Below are positions 62,905 through 64,000 of a stretch of 64,000 bases of DNA, in pieces. Source of the stretch: an uncultured virus (IMG/VR IMGVR_UViG_3300008108_000012) (taxonomy: Duplodnaviria > Heunggongvirae > Uroviricota > Caudoviricetes); the IMG/VR virus record IMGVR_UViG_3300008108_000012. One strand, given 5' to 3'. Under the pieces are notes generated by a model. That model did not search any database, had not been told where the DNA came from, and was given only the letters and a program-made list of their open reading frames with translations. Numbering within the stretch: position 1 is the stretch's first letter; every line of letters starts with the position of its first letter. Both the position numbers and the translations under genes were made by a program.

Positions 62905-64000
62905 ATGGCAACCAAGTTTTTAACAAATCTTGACCTCAACCAGAACCAGATTCTCAACGGAAGGTTCGAGGTTGTAGCAACAGACCCATCTTCGAACAAC
63001 TTCGAAGGTCGGATGATTTATAACAGCACTGAAGACACTATCAAGGTGTACTCAGGCTCCGCATGGCGCAAGATGCTTCACAATGTCCAATCTGGTGGAA
63101 CCCATACGGACGCTATTACCATTTCGGAATCAAACGGACAGGTAACTCTCACTCTAAACCTCGCTGACACAGACAGCGCCGGTTTGCTTTCTAGCGCTTT
63201 CTGGAACGACCTTACTGATGCTACCTCGGATGCCACAGCCTCAAAGCTGGTCAAGCGTGACGCAAACGGCAATATTAAGGTCGCGACTCCAACAGATGCT
63301 GCGCATGCCGCAACTAAAGGTTATGTAGATGCCGCCCGCCAAGGCCTTGATGTTAAGAAGTCAGTCCGTGTTGCGACAACAGTAGAAGTTAATCTTTCTA
63401 CAGAACTTGAAGCTGGCGATACCCTTGATACAAGCGTTACCCTTGTAGCTGGTGACCGCGTTCTTGTTAAAAACCAGTCAACAGCATCGCAAAACGGTAT
63501 CTACGTTGTCCAAGCAACCGGTGCAGCAGTACGCGCTACAGACGCTAACGGCACAGCTGACACTGGAGAAGTATCTGGCGGAACATTCACCTTCGTTGAA
63601 GAAGGTTCTGTAAACGCAGACTCCGGCTGGGTTGTTTCGAGCAACGGAGCAATCAATGTTGGCACAGACCCAATGACTTGGGTTCAATTCTCAGGTGCTG
63701 GCCAAGTAATCGCTGGTGACGGTCTCACAAAAGACGGCAACACTCTCAATGTGGGTGGGACAACCGACCGTATTACTGTTACCGCAAACGCAGTTGACAT
63801 TGCATCAACATATGTCGGCCAAAACACGATTACTACTCTTGGAACAATTACCACCGGTACGTGGAATGGCGTAGACGTTGCTGTGGCAGATGGTGGTACT
63901 GGTTCAAGCACCGCTTCTGGGGCTCGTACAAATCTCGCTGAAACATCCGCTTCCGGGCTAACAACAAGCACGCCGGTTATAGCGAGAATATCCAAGCAAG
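62905..64000 (+). CDS. Tail fibre-like protein, 5' part (runs off window end)
   Basis: Not in the ORF track; translated by hand from ATG 62905: MATKFLTNLDLNQNQILN...AATKGYVDAARQGLDVKKSVRVATT...DRVLVKNQSTASQNGIYVV...GTITTGTWNG...VADGGTG. Confidence 0.85.
   Translation, partial: MATKFLTNLDLNQNQILNGRFEVVATDPSSNNFEGRMIYNSTEDTIKVYSGSAWRKMLHNVQSGGTHTDAITISESNGQVTLTLNLADTDSAGLLSSAFWNDLTDATSDATASKLVKRDANGNIKVATPTDAAHAATKGYVDAARQGLDVKKSVRVATTVEVNLSTELEAGDTLDTSVTLVAGDRVLVKNQSTASQNGIYVVQATGAAVRATDANGTADTGEVSGGTFTFVEEGSVNADSGWVVSSNGAINVGTDPMTWVQFSGAGQVIAGDGLTKDGNTLNVGGTTDRITVTANAVDIASTYVGQNTITTLGTITTGTWNGVDVAVADGGTGSSTASGARTNLAETSASGLTTSTPVIARISKQ

Noticed and set aside
1..64000. Stop-codon reassignment
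   Set aside because: Code 11 gives dense, full-length genes, and TAA, TAG and TGA all terminate well-supported genes.

Overview
This window is a ~64 kb piece of a large tailed dsDNA phage with a contractile tail (myovirus). It uses the standard genetic code and probably infects an actinobacterium (inferred from several leaderless genes and actinophage-like motifs). The minus strand (39456->1) is an HK97-type head operon: portal-MuF fusion, extended prohead protease, ~34 kb of inserted genes, then the 5' end of the major capsid gene. The plus strand (39526->64000) carries the terminase large subunit, a recombination/nuclease cluster (Rad52-like SSAP, RecB/Cas4-like exonuclease, HNH, RuvC, ParB-like), then neck, sheath, tube, a chaperone with a -1 frameshift site, tape measure, baseplate and the start of a tail fibre gene. 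The standout is the insert between protease and capsid: four giant proteins (3927, 2450, 1723 and 1267 aa). Their domains include Nudix, J-domain, zeta-toxin kinase, two GNATs, HTH arrays, DEDDh exonuclease, zincin and DUF3626/ART-like folds. A recurring pentapeptide ISGRM (12 exact plus 12 variant copies, with varied synonymous codons) falls at the domain boundaries. The proteins share two N-terminal modules, and each giant is coupled by a 4-nt overlap to a small downstream ORF. My reading is a head-packaged, proteolytically processed effector polyprotein system; this is an inference. All domain and family names come from motifs recognised by eye and need HMM or structure confirmation.
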